Source: Dehalococcoidia bacterium
Lineage (GTDB): Bacteria > Chloroflexota > Dehalococcoidia > Bin125
Direction of reading: 5' to 3'
NCBI GenBank assembly: GCA_963663895.2
Contig: CAXXRD010000002.1
Coordinates: forward strand, 640,001-704,000
DNA length: 64,000 bases
The position numbers and the translations under genes were made by a program. This document shows, piece by piece, positions 9,722-20,364 of this stretch. Numbering within the stretch: the stretch's first letter is position 1; every line of letters begins with the position of its first letter. The notes under the pieces were generated by a model. The model was not told the origin of the DNA. It ran no database searches and was given only the letters and a program-made list of their open reading frames with translations.

Positions 9722-10261
9722 CTACGAGCGCCCTTCTGAGGGTGTCAATTGAGGATCGATTCCGCGACGGCGGCGGGAGCGCCAGACGGCGAGAATCTCG
9801 GCGTCGGAGGGGAAAGCGGGCGGCGGCAGGGCGTCCGGCGCGAAGAACTGGACCGCGTGGGCCTCCGGCCCCGGCCGGGGTTGGCCGCGCACCACACGGG
9901 CACGGTACGCGATCAACACCGCGGGCTCGCCGGCGCGAGAAAAGACGCCGAGGAGATCGCGCAACTCGATCTCGAGGCCGGTCTCCTCACGCACCTCGCG
10001 GACGGCGGCGGCTTCGACGACCTCCCCCCGGTCGACCCAGCCGCCCGGCCAAGCCCAGGCGCCCAGCATGGGGTCGTGATTGCGCTTGGTGTAGAGCAGG
10101 CTCCCGTCGCCGCTCTCGACCAACACGACGACGGCGAGCTTGGGGTCCGCGAAGTGGACGAAGTCGCAGCGGTCGCACGCCGGCCGCGGCACCCCCGCAA
10201 CCTCGCGCCGTCCGATCGGGACGCCGCAGCGCGGGCAGTAGCGCGGGTCCACGGGGTCCAC
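9722..10261 (-). CDS. NUDIX hydrolase with N-terminal Zn ribbon
   Basis: CPRCG...CDRC and Nudix box GGWVDRGEVVEAAAVREVREETG. Confidence 0.88.
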   Translation of the reverse strand: MDPVDPRYCPRCGVPIGRREVAGVPRPACDRCDFVHFADPKLAVVVLVESGDGSLLYTKRNHDPMLGAWAWPGGWVDRGEVVEAAAVREVREETGLEIELRDLLGVFSRAGEPAVLIAYRARVVRGQPRPGPEAHAVQFFAPDALPPPAFPSDAEILAVWRSRRRRGIDPQLTPSEGRS

Positions 10262-10271
10262 GGCCTGCGGC

Positions 10272-11021
10272 CTAGAAGGGGAGTACGACGTGCTGGAAGC
10301 GCTCGTAGTAGCGGCCGTCCTCATCCCGCCAACGGTTGCGCACCCAGTCGAAGAACTCTGCGTCGCGGTCGGCGAACTGGGAAGTATGGCATCGGAGCGC
10401 ATCGATCTTGAGCGGCAGGACCTCGGTGATATCGATAGCCAGGTTGGGCGCGTTCGAGCCGAAGAGGTAGAGCTCGGCGACGTTGTGGGTCTCGAGGCCT
10501 TCCTGCAGATGCTCGGGGAAGTTGAGGTGGTCGCGGGCGGTGGGATAGACGGCGTCGATGGCCATGGTGCCAGCATTGCGGTGATCGCGGTGATTGATGA
10601 ACCCGAGGTGCTCGGGCATCGCCGGGTCCGGCGTGCCGCCGGTCGGAAAGAGAACGATCTCCGGCGTGTTGGCGAAAACGGCGCGCGGACGGATGCGCCG
10701 GACTTCGCGCACCACCTTTCCCAGCATTTCGCGCGTGTAGTCGAGCTCGCCGTCCTCAGCGCCCAAGAACGTGCAACTCTTCACCCCCAGCATCTCGGCG
10801 GCGGCGCGCTGCTCGGGCTCGCGCAGCGCGATCAGCTCCGCTTGCGTCAGGCCGCGGTCGGCGGTGCCCTTGGAGCCGTTCGTCAGCAAGAGGTAATGAA
10901 ACTCCCAGCCCTGCCGCGACCAGAGCGCGGCGGTCCCGCCCGCGCCGAACTCGGGATCGTCGGGATGGGCGGCGATGACCAGCGCGACTTTGGGAGCGGA
11001 TTCATCCAGCGGCTGCAACAT
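10272..11021 (-). CDS. PIG-L/LmbE-family deacetylase
   Basis: AHPDDPEFG, HRDH, HTSQ. Confidence 0.9.
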   Translation of the reverse strand: MLQPLDESAPKVALVIAAHPDDPEFGAGGTAALWSRQGWEFHYLLLTNGSKGTADRGLTQAELIALREPEQRAAAEMLGVKSCTFLGAEDGELDYTREMLGKVVREVRRIRPRAVFANTPEIVLFPTGGTPDPAMPEHLGFINHRDHRNAGTMAIDAVYPTARDHLNFPEHLQEGLETHNVAELYLFGSNAPNLAIDITEVLPLKIDALRCHTSQFADRDAEFFDWVRNRWRDEDGRYYERFQHVVLPF

Positions 11022-11147
11022 ACGTCGTCCTCGCGAAGCTTGCGGCGGCGGTCACGCGATCCGGCGCGGGCGGTCACAACCCAGGCGGAGTCATCTTACG
11101 GAGCCATCACTCTCGAGGCAGCCGTTGTGTCGCCTGGGGGCGGAGGT

Positions 11148-11177
11148 TTGACATAGCCAAAAATACGGTGTTACCGT
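11148..11177 (+). promoter_or_regulatory. sigma70-type promoter of lexA
   Basis: TTGACA (11148-11153), 18 bp, TGn-TACCGT (11172-11177). Confidence 0.65.
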
Positions 11178-11181
11178 TTCA

Positions 11182-11193
11182 GAACACACGTTC
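11182..11193. promoter_or_regulatory. SOS (LexA) box, GAAC-N4-GTTC type
   Basis: GAACACACGTTC directly downstream of the lexA -10 element. Confidence 0.85.
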
Positions 11194-11262
11194 CACGCCT
11201 CCACCTGTGGATGACGTGGAAATCGTGGACCGGTCCTACACGAGTGAGGATGGCGGGCGCCA

Positions 11263-11904
11263 GTGAAGAAGATCCGCTCCGAAAAGCAACAGCGCATCCT
11301 GGATTTCATTCGCACCTTCCTAGAGGAGCACGACTACCCGCCGAGCATTCGCGACATCCAGTCCGGATGCGAGATCTCGTCGACCTCCGTGGTCGACTAC
11401 AATCTCAAAGCTCTGGAAGCGCGAGGCTTGATCCGGCGCGACCGCGAGGTGTCGCGGGCGATCCAACTCGTCGGAACAGGAGGGCGCGGCGGCGGCGCCG
11501 TGGAGGTGCCGGTGGTGGGCACGATCGCCGCCGGCGAGCCGCTGGCGCTGCCCAGCCAGGAGGGGATCGACCCCCGACAGGTCGACGAGACCGTGAGCGT
11601 GACCCAGGAGATGATCCGCGGCCGCGATCAGGTGTTCGCGCTGCGGGTGCGCGGCACCTCCATGATCGATGCGCTGATCAACGACGGCGACATCGTGCTG
11701 ATGGAGCCGACGGACAGCGTCGACGACGGCGAGATGGCGGCCGTCTACCTGGGCAGCAGCAACGAGACGACGTTCAAACGAGTCTATCGCGAGGGCAAGC
11801 GCGTGCGGCTGCAGCCCGAGAACGCGACGATGCAGCCGTTCCACGTCGACGCGGACGACCTCTCGGTCCAGGGCCGGTTCGTGGGAGTCGTGCGCGCGCT
11901 CTAG
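11263..11904 (+). CDS. lexA: SOS repressor LexA
   Basis: YPPSIRDI wHTH, Ala-Gly cleavage site IAAGEP, GTSM Ser and TFKR Lys. Confidence 0.95.
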   Translation: MKKIRSEKQQRILDFIRTFLEEHDYPPSIRDIQSGCEISSTSVVDYNLKALEARGLIRRDREVSRAIQLVGTGGRGGGAVEVPVVGTIAAGEPLALPSQEGIDPRQVDETVSVTQEMIRGRDQVFALRVRGTSMIDALINDGDIVLMEPTDSVDDGEMAAVYLGSSNETTFKRVYREGKRVRLQPENATMQPFHVDADDLSVQGRFVGVVRAL

Positions 11905-12908
11905 CGCCGCGCCGCCGCCGCGCCGCACAGATCGGCGACCAGTAGATCCACCGCCAGGTCTTGCTGCATCCCGCCGGGGCGGCCTTGCCAGTAGTCCTGG
12001 ATCGCCACCTCGCATTGCAGGAGGCGCTGCATCGCGGCCGCGGCCGTGGCTTGGGAGAAGCGGCGGGCCTGTTCGCTGGCGCGGCGGGCGACGAACTCCT
12101 GGACGTTGAGCGCCTCGCGCACCTGCGCCGCCGATCCGCCGCCGTCCAAGACCTCCCGTGCGATCACGATCATGCGGAACTGCCGGGCGATCATGCCGAT
12201 CAGCCGCTGCGGCGTCTCCCCGTCGCTGCGAAGAGTCTCCAACGCCTGCAGGGCAGCGGCCAGACGCCCTTCCGCGACCGCGTCCACCAGCCGGAAGATG
12301 TTGGCCTCCCGCGCGGGCGCGACGAGCGCGCGCACGTCCTCGGCGCCGACGGCGTCATCGCCGGCGTAGGTCTTGAGCTTCTCCACCTCGGAAGCGAGGG
12401 CGCCGGTGTTGCGGCCGATCAGCTCCACGAGCAGCCGCGCGGCCGCGGGCTCCAGCTTGAGGCCGGCGGCCTGCGCGCGCCGCTGCAGCCAGGGACCGAG
12501 CTCGCGCTCGCGCGGGAGCGGAAACTCCCGGACCTCGCCCGCCGCCGCGATCATCTGCCGCAGAGGGTTCGCGGGCGGCAAGGCGTCGTCGATGAAGACC
12601 AGCAGCGTACTCTCGGGCAGGGTTGCCAGCACGTCGCCGAGCAGCTCCCACTCGCCCAGGCCGCGCGTGCGCCGCCTCCCCGGACCACCGCCCAAGCGGC
12701 CGCCCAATCCCTGGACGACGACGAGCCGGTGACTGGCGAGGAAGGGCACGGTGGAGGCGGCGGCGCGCAGCTCCTCAAGACCGAGCGCCCCCGCTTCGAG
12801 CGTGGTGGTGTTGGCGGCGAGGGCGCCGTCATCGTCGTATTGCGCCTTGAGGGCCTGCAGGGCCTCGTGGCGAGAGAAGGCATCGGCGCCGTGGAGGAGG
12901 AGGATCAC
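11901..12908 (-). CDS. holA: DNA polymerase III delta subunit
   Basis: ILLLHG, TVPFLASHRLVVV, EVEKLKTY, NIFRLVDA. Confidence 0.88.
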   Translation of the reverse strand: MILLLHGADAFSRHEALQALKAQYDDDGALAANTTTLEAGALGLEELRAAASTVPFLASHRLVVVQGLGGRLGGGPGRRRTRGLGEWELLGDVLATLPESTLLVFIDDALPPANPLRQMIAAAGEVREFPLPRERELGPWLQRRAQAAGLKLEPAAARLLVELIGRNTGALASEVEKLKTYAGDDAVGAEDVRALVAPAREANIFRLVDAVAEGRLAAALQALETLRSDGETPQRLIGMIARQFRMIVIAREVLDGGGSAAQVREALNVQEFVARRASEQARRFSQATAAAAMQRLLQCEVAIQDYWQGRPGGMQQDLAVDLLVADLCGAAAARR

Positions 12909-12924
12909 GGCCGGGCGCGCGGCG

Positions 12925-13782
12925 CTACGGCCAGCCGGCGCCGGGGACGCCGACCGGGACCTGGCGAAGCCGGCCGCCGTTGCTCGGCCCCTCGATCTTG
13001 GAGGGGTCGCCCGTGATCGCCTCGGCCAGAATGAGGGTGCGGCGATCGGGGCCGCCCAGGGCGCAGGCGAAGATGGGCCGGTCCTGATCGACCTCGATCG
13101 TCTCCTGGATGACGCCCCCCTCCGCGATGCGGACCGCGGCGGCCGTGCGGAAGGGCACGGCCACCCACACGCAACCCTCGGCGTCGAGGGCGATGCCGTC
13201 CGGGATGCCGGGCACCGCGGCCCAGAGGCGGCGGTTGCCGAGCGAGCCGTCGTCGGCGATGTCGAAAGCGCTGAGCCGCTTACCGTACGACTCGGCGATG
13301 ATCAAGGTGCCGCCGTCGGGCGTGACCGCGGTGCCGTTGGGAAAGCGCAGATCGTCCGCGACGACGCGGGCCTCGCCCTCCGGGGTGACGAGGATCAGCT
13401 CCGTGCCGCGGGGCTCGTCGCCGCCGAAGGGGTCGAAGCCGAAGTTGCCGACGTAGGCGCGCCCCTGGCCGTCCACGACCATGTCGTTGAGGTTGTGCGA
13501 GGCCAGGCCGCTGAGGTCCGCGTGCTCCCTGAGGCCGTCCGGATCGAGGCGCAGGAGCTTGCGGTCCAGCATCGACACGATCAGCAGGCGGCCGTCCGGG
13601 AGCCAGCCGAGCCCCGACGGCTGCTGCGGCACCCGCACGATCGTCTCCCGCTTGCCGTCCATGCCGACGGCGACGACCTCCTTGGCGTGCATGTCCGAGA
13701 ACCAGAGACGCCCTTCGTGCCAGCGCGGCCCCTCGGGAAAGACGAGGCCATCGAGCAACAGGGCCGGGGTGGGAGCGGGCAT
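12925..13782 (-). CDS. SMP-30/gluconolactonase family protein
   Basis: FPEGPRW, NDMVVD, FPNG, PDGIALDAEG. Confidence 0.9.
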   Translation of the reverse strand: MPAPTPALLLDGLVFPEGPRWHEGRLWFSDMHAKEVVAVGMDGKRETIVRVPQQPSGLGWLPDGRLLIVSMLDRKLLRLDPDGLREHADLSGLASHNLNDMVVDGQGRAYVGNFGFDPFGGDEPRGTELILVTPEGEARVVADDLRFPNGTAVTPDGGTLIIAESYGKRLSAFDIADDGSLGNRRLWAAVPGIPDGIALDAEGCVWVAVPFRTAAAVRIAEGGVIQETIEVDQDRPIFACALGGPDRRTLILAEAITGDPSKIEGPSNGGRLRQVPVGVPGAGWP

Positions 13783-14018
13783 GGGAGCCGCCTCTCTAGG
13801 CGAGCCGGGCTCGCCGGTGCGCGGCTCGTGGTCACGCCGCTGTCCGACAGGGTAGCGGCAGCGCGCGCCCCAAGAAGGAGAGGAAGTCGCCGTGCCCGCC
13901 CGCGGCTTCCAGGGGCGGCGCACGGAGTCTCCCTCCCCACACCCATGCGGACGCCGCGCCCCGCTTCTAGAATCGCGCCGCGGCCGGGCACCGGCACGGC
14001 GGCCGAAGGGAGGCGACG

Positions 14019-14435
14019 ATGGCGCTGACGGCGGAGGACAAGCTGGAGATCATGGAGCTCGTGGCGCGCTACAACCACGCGCAGGACCAGGACGACTACG
14101 ACGGCTGGGTGGACACCTTCACGGAGGACGGCGTCTTCGAGTCGCCCCAGATCCGGCACCAGGGGCGGGAGGAGCTGCGGCAGCTCTCCCTCGACACCGC
14201 CGCCGGCATCCCCCACGTCCGCCATCTGACGCAGAACTTCATCATTGAGGGCGAGGGCGACGCGGCGACGATGCAATCCACGATCGAGGTGCGGTCGATC
14301 GCCGAGGACCGCCAGAGCTGGCGGGTGGTGGGCATCGGCAACTACGAGGACGCCCTGCGCCGGGTGGACGGCCGCTGGAAGTTCCAGCGGCGCTTCGTGC
14401 GGATGCTCTACTGGAAGAACGACGCCTGGCCCTAG
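14019..14435 (+). CDS. SnoaL/NTF2-like fold protein
   Basis: LTAEDKLEIMELVARY, FTEDG, HLTQN, YEDALRRVDGRWKF; GGAGG RBS. Confidence 0.85.
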   Translation: MALTAEDKLEIMELVARYNHAQDQDDYDGWVDTFTEDGVFESPQIRHQGREELRQLSLDTAAGIPHVRHLTQNFIIEGEGDAATMQSTIEVRSIAEDRQSWRVVGIGNYEDALRRVDGRWKFQRRFVRMLYWKNDAWP

Positions 14436-14454
14436 ACCGGGCCCGCCCGCGCGA

Positions 14455-15423
14455 TCAGTCGAAGGCGGCGGCGACCCGCATGATCGCCTTGGCCTGGTCC
14501 CGGCTGTGGAACATGGTCGAGAGGCAGAGCTGATTCATGCCCGCCTCCTGGAAGGCGGCCACCCGCTTGCGCACGTCCGCCGGCGTGCCGTAGATGCCGA
14601 TGTCGTCGGCCATGCGCTCGGAGACGGCGGCGGCCACGGCGGCGTGGTCGTCGCGGGCGATGGCGGCGCGGGCCTGCTCCACCTCGTCCCCGTAGCCGCA
14701 CTCGATGAAGTAGTTCTGGTAGTTCGTGAGGGTCATGTAGTTGGTGAGGGCCAGGCGCACGGCGGCCAGCGCCTCGCCGCGGTCCTCGGAGACGTAGGCC
14801 GGGGCCACGTCGCCCACGATGAAGCGCTCGCGCTTGGCGGCGGGCACGACGCTCAGCGAGCGGCCCAGCTGGGAGCGGCAGCAGTTGGCCCAGATCACGC
14901 CGTCGGCCAGCTCGCCGGCGAGCGCCACCATCTTCTGACGCAGGGCGGCGAAGACCAGGGGCGGCATGGGACCGTTCCCCACGCTGGCGCGCATCGCCTC
15001 CACGTAGCGGCGCATGTGGGCCAGCGGCTTCTCCATCGTCACCTGGAAGGGGCTGAGGATCTCGCTGTGGCCGGGGCCGATGCCGAGGATGAAGCGGCCG
15101 TCGCAGACCTCGTTGATGTAGTTGGCGATGGCGGCCATCTCGTGCGGCATGCGGTGGTAGGTGACCTCGATCGCCGTGACGAGCGTGATCCGCTCCGTGG
15201 CCATGCCCAGCGCCAGGGCGTGGGTGAGCGCGTCCTGCCAGACGGCCGTCCCCTCGTAGGGGCGCACGACGCCCTCGGAGGACGCCTCCGGCTCGATCGC
15301 GGGCGCGGAGCCGTGGCTGGCGTAGAGGAAGGGGAAGCCGCGCCGGTCCAGCTCGCGCGCGGCCTCGATCAGGGCCTTGCGCTGCCCCGGCACCGCGTAG
15401 ACGAAGATTCCCGGCTTCTCCAT
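14455..15423 (-). CDS. Luciferase-like (LLM) flavin/F420-dependent oxidoreductase
   Basis: ATERITL, GRFILGIGPG, LAGELADGV, GTPADV. Confidence 0.82.
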   Translation of the reverse strand: MEKPGIFVYAVPGQRKALIEAARELDRRGFPFLYASHGSAPAIEPEASSEGVVRPYEGTAVWQDALTHALALGMATERITLVTAIEVTYHRMPHEMAAIANYINEVCDGRFILGIGPGHSEILSPFQVTMEKPLAHMRRYVEAMRASVGNGPMPPLVFAALRQKMVALAGELADGVIWANCCRSQLGRSLSVVPAAKRERFIVGDVAPAYVSEDRGEALAAVRLALTNYMTLTNYQNYFIECGYGDEVEQARAAIARDDHAAVAAAVSERMADDIGIYGTPADVRKRVAAFQEAGMNQLCLSTMFHSRDQAKAIMRVAAAFD

Positions 15424-15618
15424 GGGTGGCCCTCCTCCGCTCATAGGAGCGGACACAAGCTAGCATGGCGCTCTACCGGAATCCCGAGGGGCGCGACGGC
15501 GGGGGCGTCTAGGCCTTGAACTCTCTCAAGACGGCTGTGTCCGCCATTGACCGCGGCGCCGGCTACCCGGTGACGCCGGCCAGCTTGATCGAAAACGCCG
15601 ACGGTTAGGTCACAGACG

Positions 15619-18564
15619 ATGACTCTCGTCCAAGAGAGCGATGCCGCGAAGGTACTGCAAGAATTCGGCGGCGACCCGCAGAGTGCGGAAAGCCTAGCGG
15701 CGTTCTTGGGATTTGATCCGATCTCGAGCCCGCAGGATCTGCTGGCCGGGCAGCTCACCGGAGACCTAAAGCACTTCTTCGCACGTCAGGACGACAGGTT
15801 CGGCGTCCACCAGTTGTACAAAGTGGGAGCGTGCGCCGCAGCCCCCGCAACGGTCGGCTTCTACATCGCGGTTCTCGCTGATTGGGGGCACCGCTCTTCG
15901 GATCGGGACCGCCCGCGCCGTCGCATCGCGCGTGCCCTCGTCGAGTACACGCCGGACCGCCGATCGCTGGCCTTGCTCGTGCCGCCAGCTGCGGACGGCC
16001 GTCGCGAGGCGGAACTCGTGTTTCCGCGAACTCAGGCGGACGCCTCCAGCGGGGCCGTAACCAGCATCCGCGCTCATCTGGATCTCGACGCCCCCACGCG
16101 CTTCCACCGGGACCTGTTGCGCGGTCTGCGCATTCCCGCCGAAGCGATCCTTCTTGAGGTATCCCGGCGCTGGCAGTCGCAGTTCAGCATTGAGCGCGTC
16201 ACCACCAAGTTCTACCAGGAGTACGCCGCCGTCCGAGACCGCATGGCCTCGGCCTTCCTCTCACGCAACCAAGAACACCCCGTAGTCAAAGAGTTCGACC
16301 AAGACGACGCGCGCGCTTGGGCGACCCGGCAGATGGGGCGAGTGCTGTTTCTCTGGTTCCTGCAAGCCAAGCGCTGGCTCGGGAAGCCCGGCGGACAGGG
16401 CTCGGCAACCTACCTGCTGGATCTATGGGGCCAGCGCGCTAGCACGGCGGCGGATGAATACTACCGCGACATCCTCGTCCCGTTGTTCTTCGACGCCATG
16501 GCCACCGGTAGCAGCAGCCGCGGCGAGGATCCGATCCTGGGCTTTGTTCCCTACCTCAACGGCGGCCTGTTCCGGCGAAACGCGCTGGAGGACCGCGTGG
16601 ACGACGCCGGCCCGATCTCGCTGCCGGACGAGGTGTTCGACCCGGCAACCGACGACTCACTGCTCGGCCTGCTCTCTCGCTACCGCTTCACCACGCGCGA
16701 ATCCACGCCGGACGACCAGTCCGTGGACCCGGACCCGGAGCTGCTGGGTCGCGTCTTCGAGAATCTCTATCAGGGCGACGAGCGTCACAACACCGGCACC
16801 TACTACACCCCGCGAGAGATCGTCCACTTCATGTGCCGCGAGGCTTTGGACGGCTACCTGCGCGACAGCACCGGCGTGGACCAGGGAACGCTCGATTCCC
16901 TGCGCGGGGAAGCCTTCGGATCCAGGGACGAAAGTTCAGCCGTCAGCCAGCATCCGGTGGATGATCTCATCGACGCCCTCGAAACCGTCCGCATTTGCGA
17001 CCCCGCCGTCGGCTCCGGCGCCTTCCTCTTGGGGAGTATCCAAGAGATGGTCGCGCTGCGGCGGGGCATCCTCTTTTCTCAAAGCGGCTACGTCGAGCCT
17101 GCAGAGCTCTACCGGATCGTGAGCGAATGGAAGCGGCGCATCATCAAGAACAGCCTGTACGGGGTGGACATCAATCCCGAGGCCGTCGAGATCTGCCACC
17201 TGCGGCTCTGGCTCTCCATGGTGCTGGACATGGACGAGCCTCCCGATGCTCCGTCGGACTGGGCGCTCCCCAACCTGGACTTTCAGATCGTTGCGGGCGA
17301 CTCGTTGGTGGACCGGGTCGCCGGCATCACCTTCAAGGAGTCTTGGCCGCCGCCGACAGATCTGCAGTTGGAGATGGGATTGCAGATAAAGCTTCGGCGG
17401 CTGGAAACGAACATCGCCCGGCGGAAGCAGGAGTTCGGGAGCACGCACCGCAATCCCAAACGTCTCCGGGATCTGCGTGACCTGATCGCAAGGGACCAAC
17501 GCGAGATCATCCGCTTGCACCTAGAGGAGGCTCAGGCCAAGGCAGAGCGTGAAGCTCTGACCAAGGCCGTCCGGCCTGGCAAAGCCGCGCTGCGGAAGGC
17601 CGATAGCTTCATTGACCGCATCCGCTCCTTGTTGGAGGAGATGGACGCGCAGGACTTCGCCCTGGTTCAGAAACCCTTCCTCTGGCCGATCGCCTTTCCT
17701 GATGTCCTGCGGGCAGGCGACCCCAATGCCGGGTTCGATATCGTCCTAGCTAACCCGCCGTATGTGCGGATGGAGAAGATTGATAACGAAGATGAACTGG
17801 CCTACGGCGAAGCCTTCCCGCAGGTCAGTGCTTCAAGGGCGGACCTTCTCGTCTATTTCTACGCCCGCGCCCTGCAGATACTCCGGCCCGGCGGCTGGCT
17901 GGCGTTCATCACCAGCAATAAGTTCATGCGGGCCGGTTACGGCGCCGGAATCCGTGAGCATCTGCCCGCTGCGCTTCGCATCCGGCACGTGATCGATTTC
18001 GGCGACCTGCCGCTCTTCGAGGCGAACGGCAAACCGGTGGCCGCCTATCCCAGCGTGGTGGTCGGAAGCCGCTCGAACACGACGCAAGACCATGCTCTCA
18101 GCGTCGCGGACCTGACGCATCCCATCCGCTCGAACCTCTCCAAGGATGGCCGGAAAGTGAATCCGGAGAACGTCCGCAGCGTCCTGGAAGACCTGAATGG
18201 CTTGCTCTCGCGGGCGGCTACGCCAGATTTCCCCCAAGTGATGCTGAAGAACGAGGGCTGGATCTTGGAAGATCCCGCCCTGATCCGTCTCTTCAACCGG
18301 CTGATGAATCAAGGCACGCCACTGGGTGAGTTCGTGAAAGGACGTATTTACTACGGAGTCAAGACTGGCCTGAACGCTGCCTTCGTCATCGATCAAGCCA
18401 AACGCGACGAACTTGTCTCCGAGGACCCGCACAGCGCGGAGATCATCAAGCCGTGGCTGCGGGGCAAGGACATCAAGCGCTGGAGGGCAGAATCTCCAGG
18501 GTTATACGTGATATTCACAAATCGCGGAGTGGAGATCGACCGTTATCCAGCAATCCAAGGGTAG
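15619..18564 (+). pseudogene. Eco57I-like N6-adenine DNA methyltransferase, 5' part (interrupted by IS1595)
   Basis: LNGGLF, YYTP, DPAVGSGAF (motif I), NPPY (motif IV); the TAG stop at 18562-18564 lies inside the IS left end. Confidence 0.9.
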
Positions 18565-18582
18565 TTATAGACAATAGTAGCA
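18560..18582 (+). repeat. Left terminal inverted repeat of the IS1595 element
   Basis: Exact reverse complement of 21109-21131. Confidence 0.95.
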
Positions 18583-18619
18583 CTCCTATGGTACTATAAG
18601 TACGTAAAGGGGGTGCGTA

Positions 18620-19552
18620 ATGGCCGGTGGACCGGGGCGATCGGAGCGGGAAGGGCTGACGCTGGCGGAGCTGTTCAAGCGGTTCCCCGACGATGCGAAG
18701 GCAGAGGCATGGTTCGTAGCAGGGCGCTGGTCAGATGGCCCGATCTGCCCGCACTGTGAGTCCGACACGATCAAGATCGGCCCGAAGCATCCGACGATGC
18801 CCTACCGCTGCCGTGCCTGCAAGAAGTACTTCAGCGTCAAGATGGGGACCGTGATGGAGGGGTCGAACCTCGGCTACCAGACGTGGGCCATTGCGATTTA
18901 CCGCATGACGACCAGTCTGCGCGGCGTCTCCAGCATGCAGCTTCACCGCGATCTGGGGATCTCCCAGAAGGCGGCTTGGCACTTGGCCCACCGCATCCGG
19001 CAGGCGTTCGGCACGCCAGCGGAACCGATGGCCGGCCCGGTCGAAGTGGATGAGACCTACATCGGCGGACTGGAAGGCAACAAGCACGAATCCAAGCGCC
19101 AGCACCGGGGCCATGATGGCAAAGTCGCGGTCATTGGCGCGAAGGACCGGGCGACCGGGAAGGTGCGAGCGGAAGTGCTCGGCAAGGCGGAAGCGCCCCG
19201 CATGCGGGAGTTCGTGCGGCGGCAGGCGGCTCCGAAAGCGTCGGTCTACTCGGACGGGCATGGAGCCTACACGTCGCTGGAAGGAGAGTTCCGCCACCGC
19301 GCGGTCCAGCATGCGGCGGGAACCTACGTCATCTTCGATACGCACACGAACGGGATCGAGGGGTTCTGGTCGCAACTCAAGCGCGGCTACCACGGAACCT
19401 ACACGCATTGGAGCGCGAAGCACACGCACCGCTACCTGGATGAGTTCACAGGCCGCTACAACGCCCGGAGCGCAGACACCGTGGACCAGATGGCGGGCAT
19501 CGCCAAGGGGATGCAGGGGAAGCGGCTCCGATACCGAGAACTCGTGGCTTAA
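18620..19552 (+). CDS. IS1595-family DDE transposase
   Basis: CPHC/CRAC Zn ribbon, VEVDETYIGG, SDG, TNGIEGFWS, YLDEF. Confidence 0.95.
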   Translation: MAGGPGRSEREGLTLAELFKRFPDDAKAEAWFVAGRWSDGPICPHCESDTIKIGPKHPTMPYRCRACKKYFSVKMGTVMEGSNLGYQTWAIAIYRMTTSLRGVSSMQLHRDLGISQKAAWHLAHRIRQAFGTPAEPMAGPVEVDETYIGGLEGNKHESKRQHRGHDGKVAVIGAKDRATGKVRAEVLGKAEAPRMREFVRRQAAPKASVYSDGHGAYTSLEGEFRHRAVQHAAGTYVIFDTHTNGIEGFWSQLKRGYHGTYTHWSAKHTHRYLDEFTGRYNARSADTVDQMAGIAKGMQGKRLRYRELVA

Positions 19553-20364
19553 TCTGTCGGCAGACCAGACGGTAGTTGCAGGATGCGATCGAGGTGGGGC
19601 AGCGCGTCGGGAAAGCGATCCTGGAAGTACGCGTGCGCCCGCGTTGGCAGCCAGACCTCGTGGAAGTACCGGCGAAAATCCGCCAAGTGCTCAATCGGGT
19701 AGAGTCGCGCCTGCACGGTGGGGCGTCGCCCGTCAATGAACTCGTGGTCATAGGTGGGGAACTGGTTGGGGTCGATGCCTCTTCGCCGGAGGAAATCGGA
19801 GAACATGCGGCCCGTCGAAATGTCCGGCATCATCCTGTCTGGCGGAATCACCCCCACGTCTTCCAAAGGCGCGAGCAGGTGTAGGTAAATCTCATTCAGC
19901 ATCGAGAAATGGGTGTGGGGAATCTTCGCCCGATTCTTCAAGAATCGCTGAATGTGGACGGGCATGTAAGCCCGGAAGTTGCCCGACATCCAGTCGTAGA
20001 CCCACCGGTTTACCTTGACTGCGAACTCGGGCGAGAGCCATTGGCCGAGGTGCGTAGCAACTTGGGGGTGAACCCAAGTACCCTGCAACTGTGGCTCCCC
20101 TCCTTTGATGATCTGCACGAGTTCCGATATGGGAATTCCCATATCGGCTGAAAGTTCATCAAGGTACGCCTTCGTTTGGCTGTTTCGGTGGTAGTCCGCA
20201 AATAACTTCCCTGCTTCCTGGCAGAGCCTCGTAGCGTTGATGTAACCGTCGCGCGGTCGCTGAGGAACGAGGCCGCCATTGGCCGGGTGTTCGATGATGA
20301 GGGGGAGCTGCTGAAACTCCATGGGTTTTGTGAGAGCGCGTTGTTTCTTGTTCATCTCTGGCAT
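19549..20364 (-). CDS. KilA-N domain protein with BstA-like C-terminus (IS passenger)
   Basis: DGYINATRLC...QGTWVHP...WLSPEFAVKV (KilA-N); C-terminal PDISTG and YP...FRRYF...WLP recall BstA. Confidence 0.8.
   Translation of the reverse strand: MPEMNKKQRALTKPMEFQQLPLIIEHPANGGLVPQRPRDGYINATRLCQEAGKLFADYHRNSQTKAYLDELSADMGIPISELVQIIKGGEPQLQGTWVHPQVATHLGQWLSPEFAVKVNRWVYDWMSGNFRAYMPVHIQRFLKNRAKIPHTHFSMLNEIYLHLLAPLEDVGVIPPDRMMPDISTGRMFSDFLRRRGIDPNQFPTYDHEFIDGRRPTVQARLYPIEHLADFRRYFHEVWLPTRAHAYFQDRFPDALPHLDRILQLPSGLPTD

Noticed and set aside
15515-15530. Inverted repeat CTTGA-N6-TCAAG upstream of the methyltransferase
   Set aside because: Only 5-bp arms and no controller gene nearby; cannot be distinguished from chance
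15424-15618. Expected att duplication of the tRNA-Sec 3' end at the left island boundary
   Set aside because: No matching sequence found by eye and no integrase in the window
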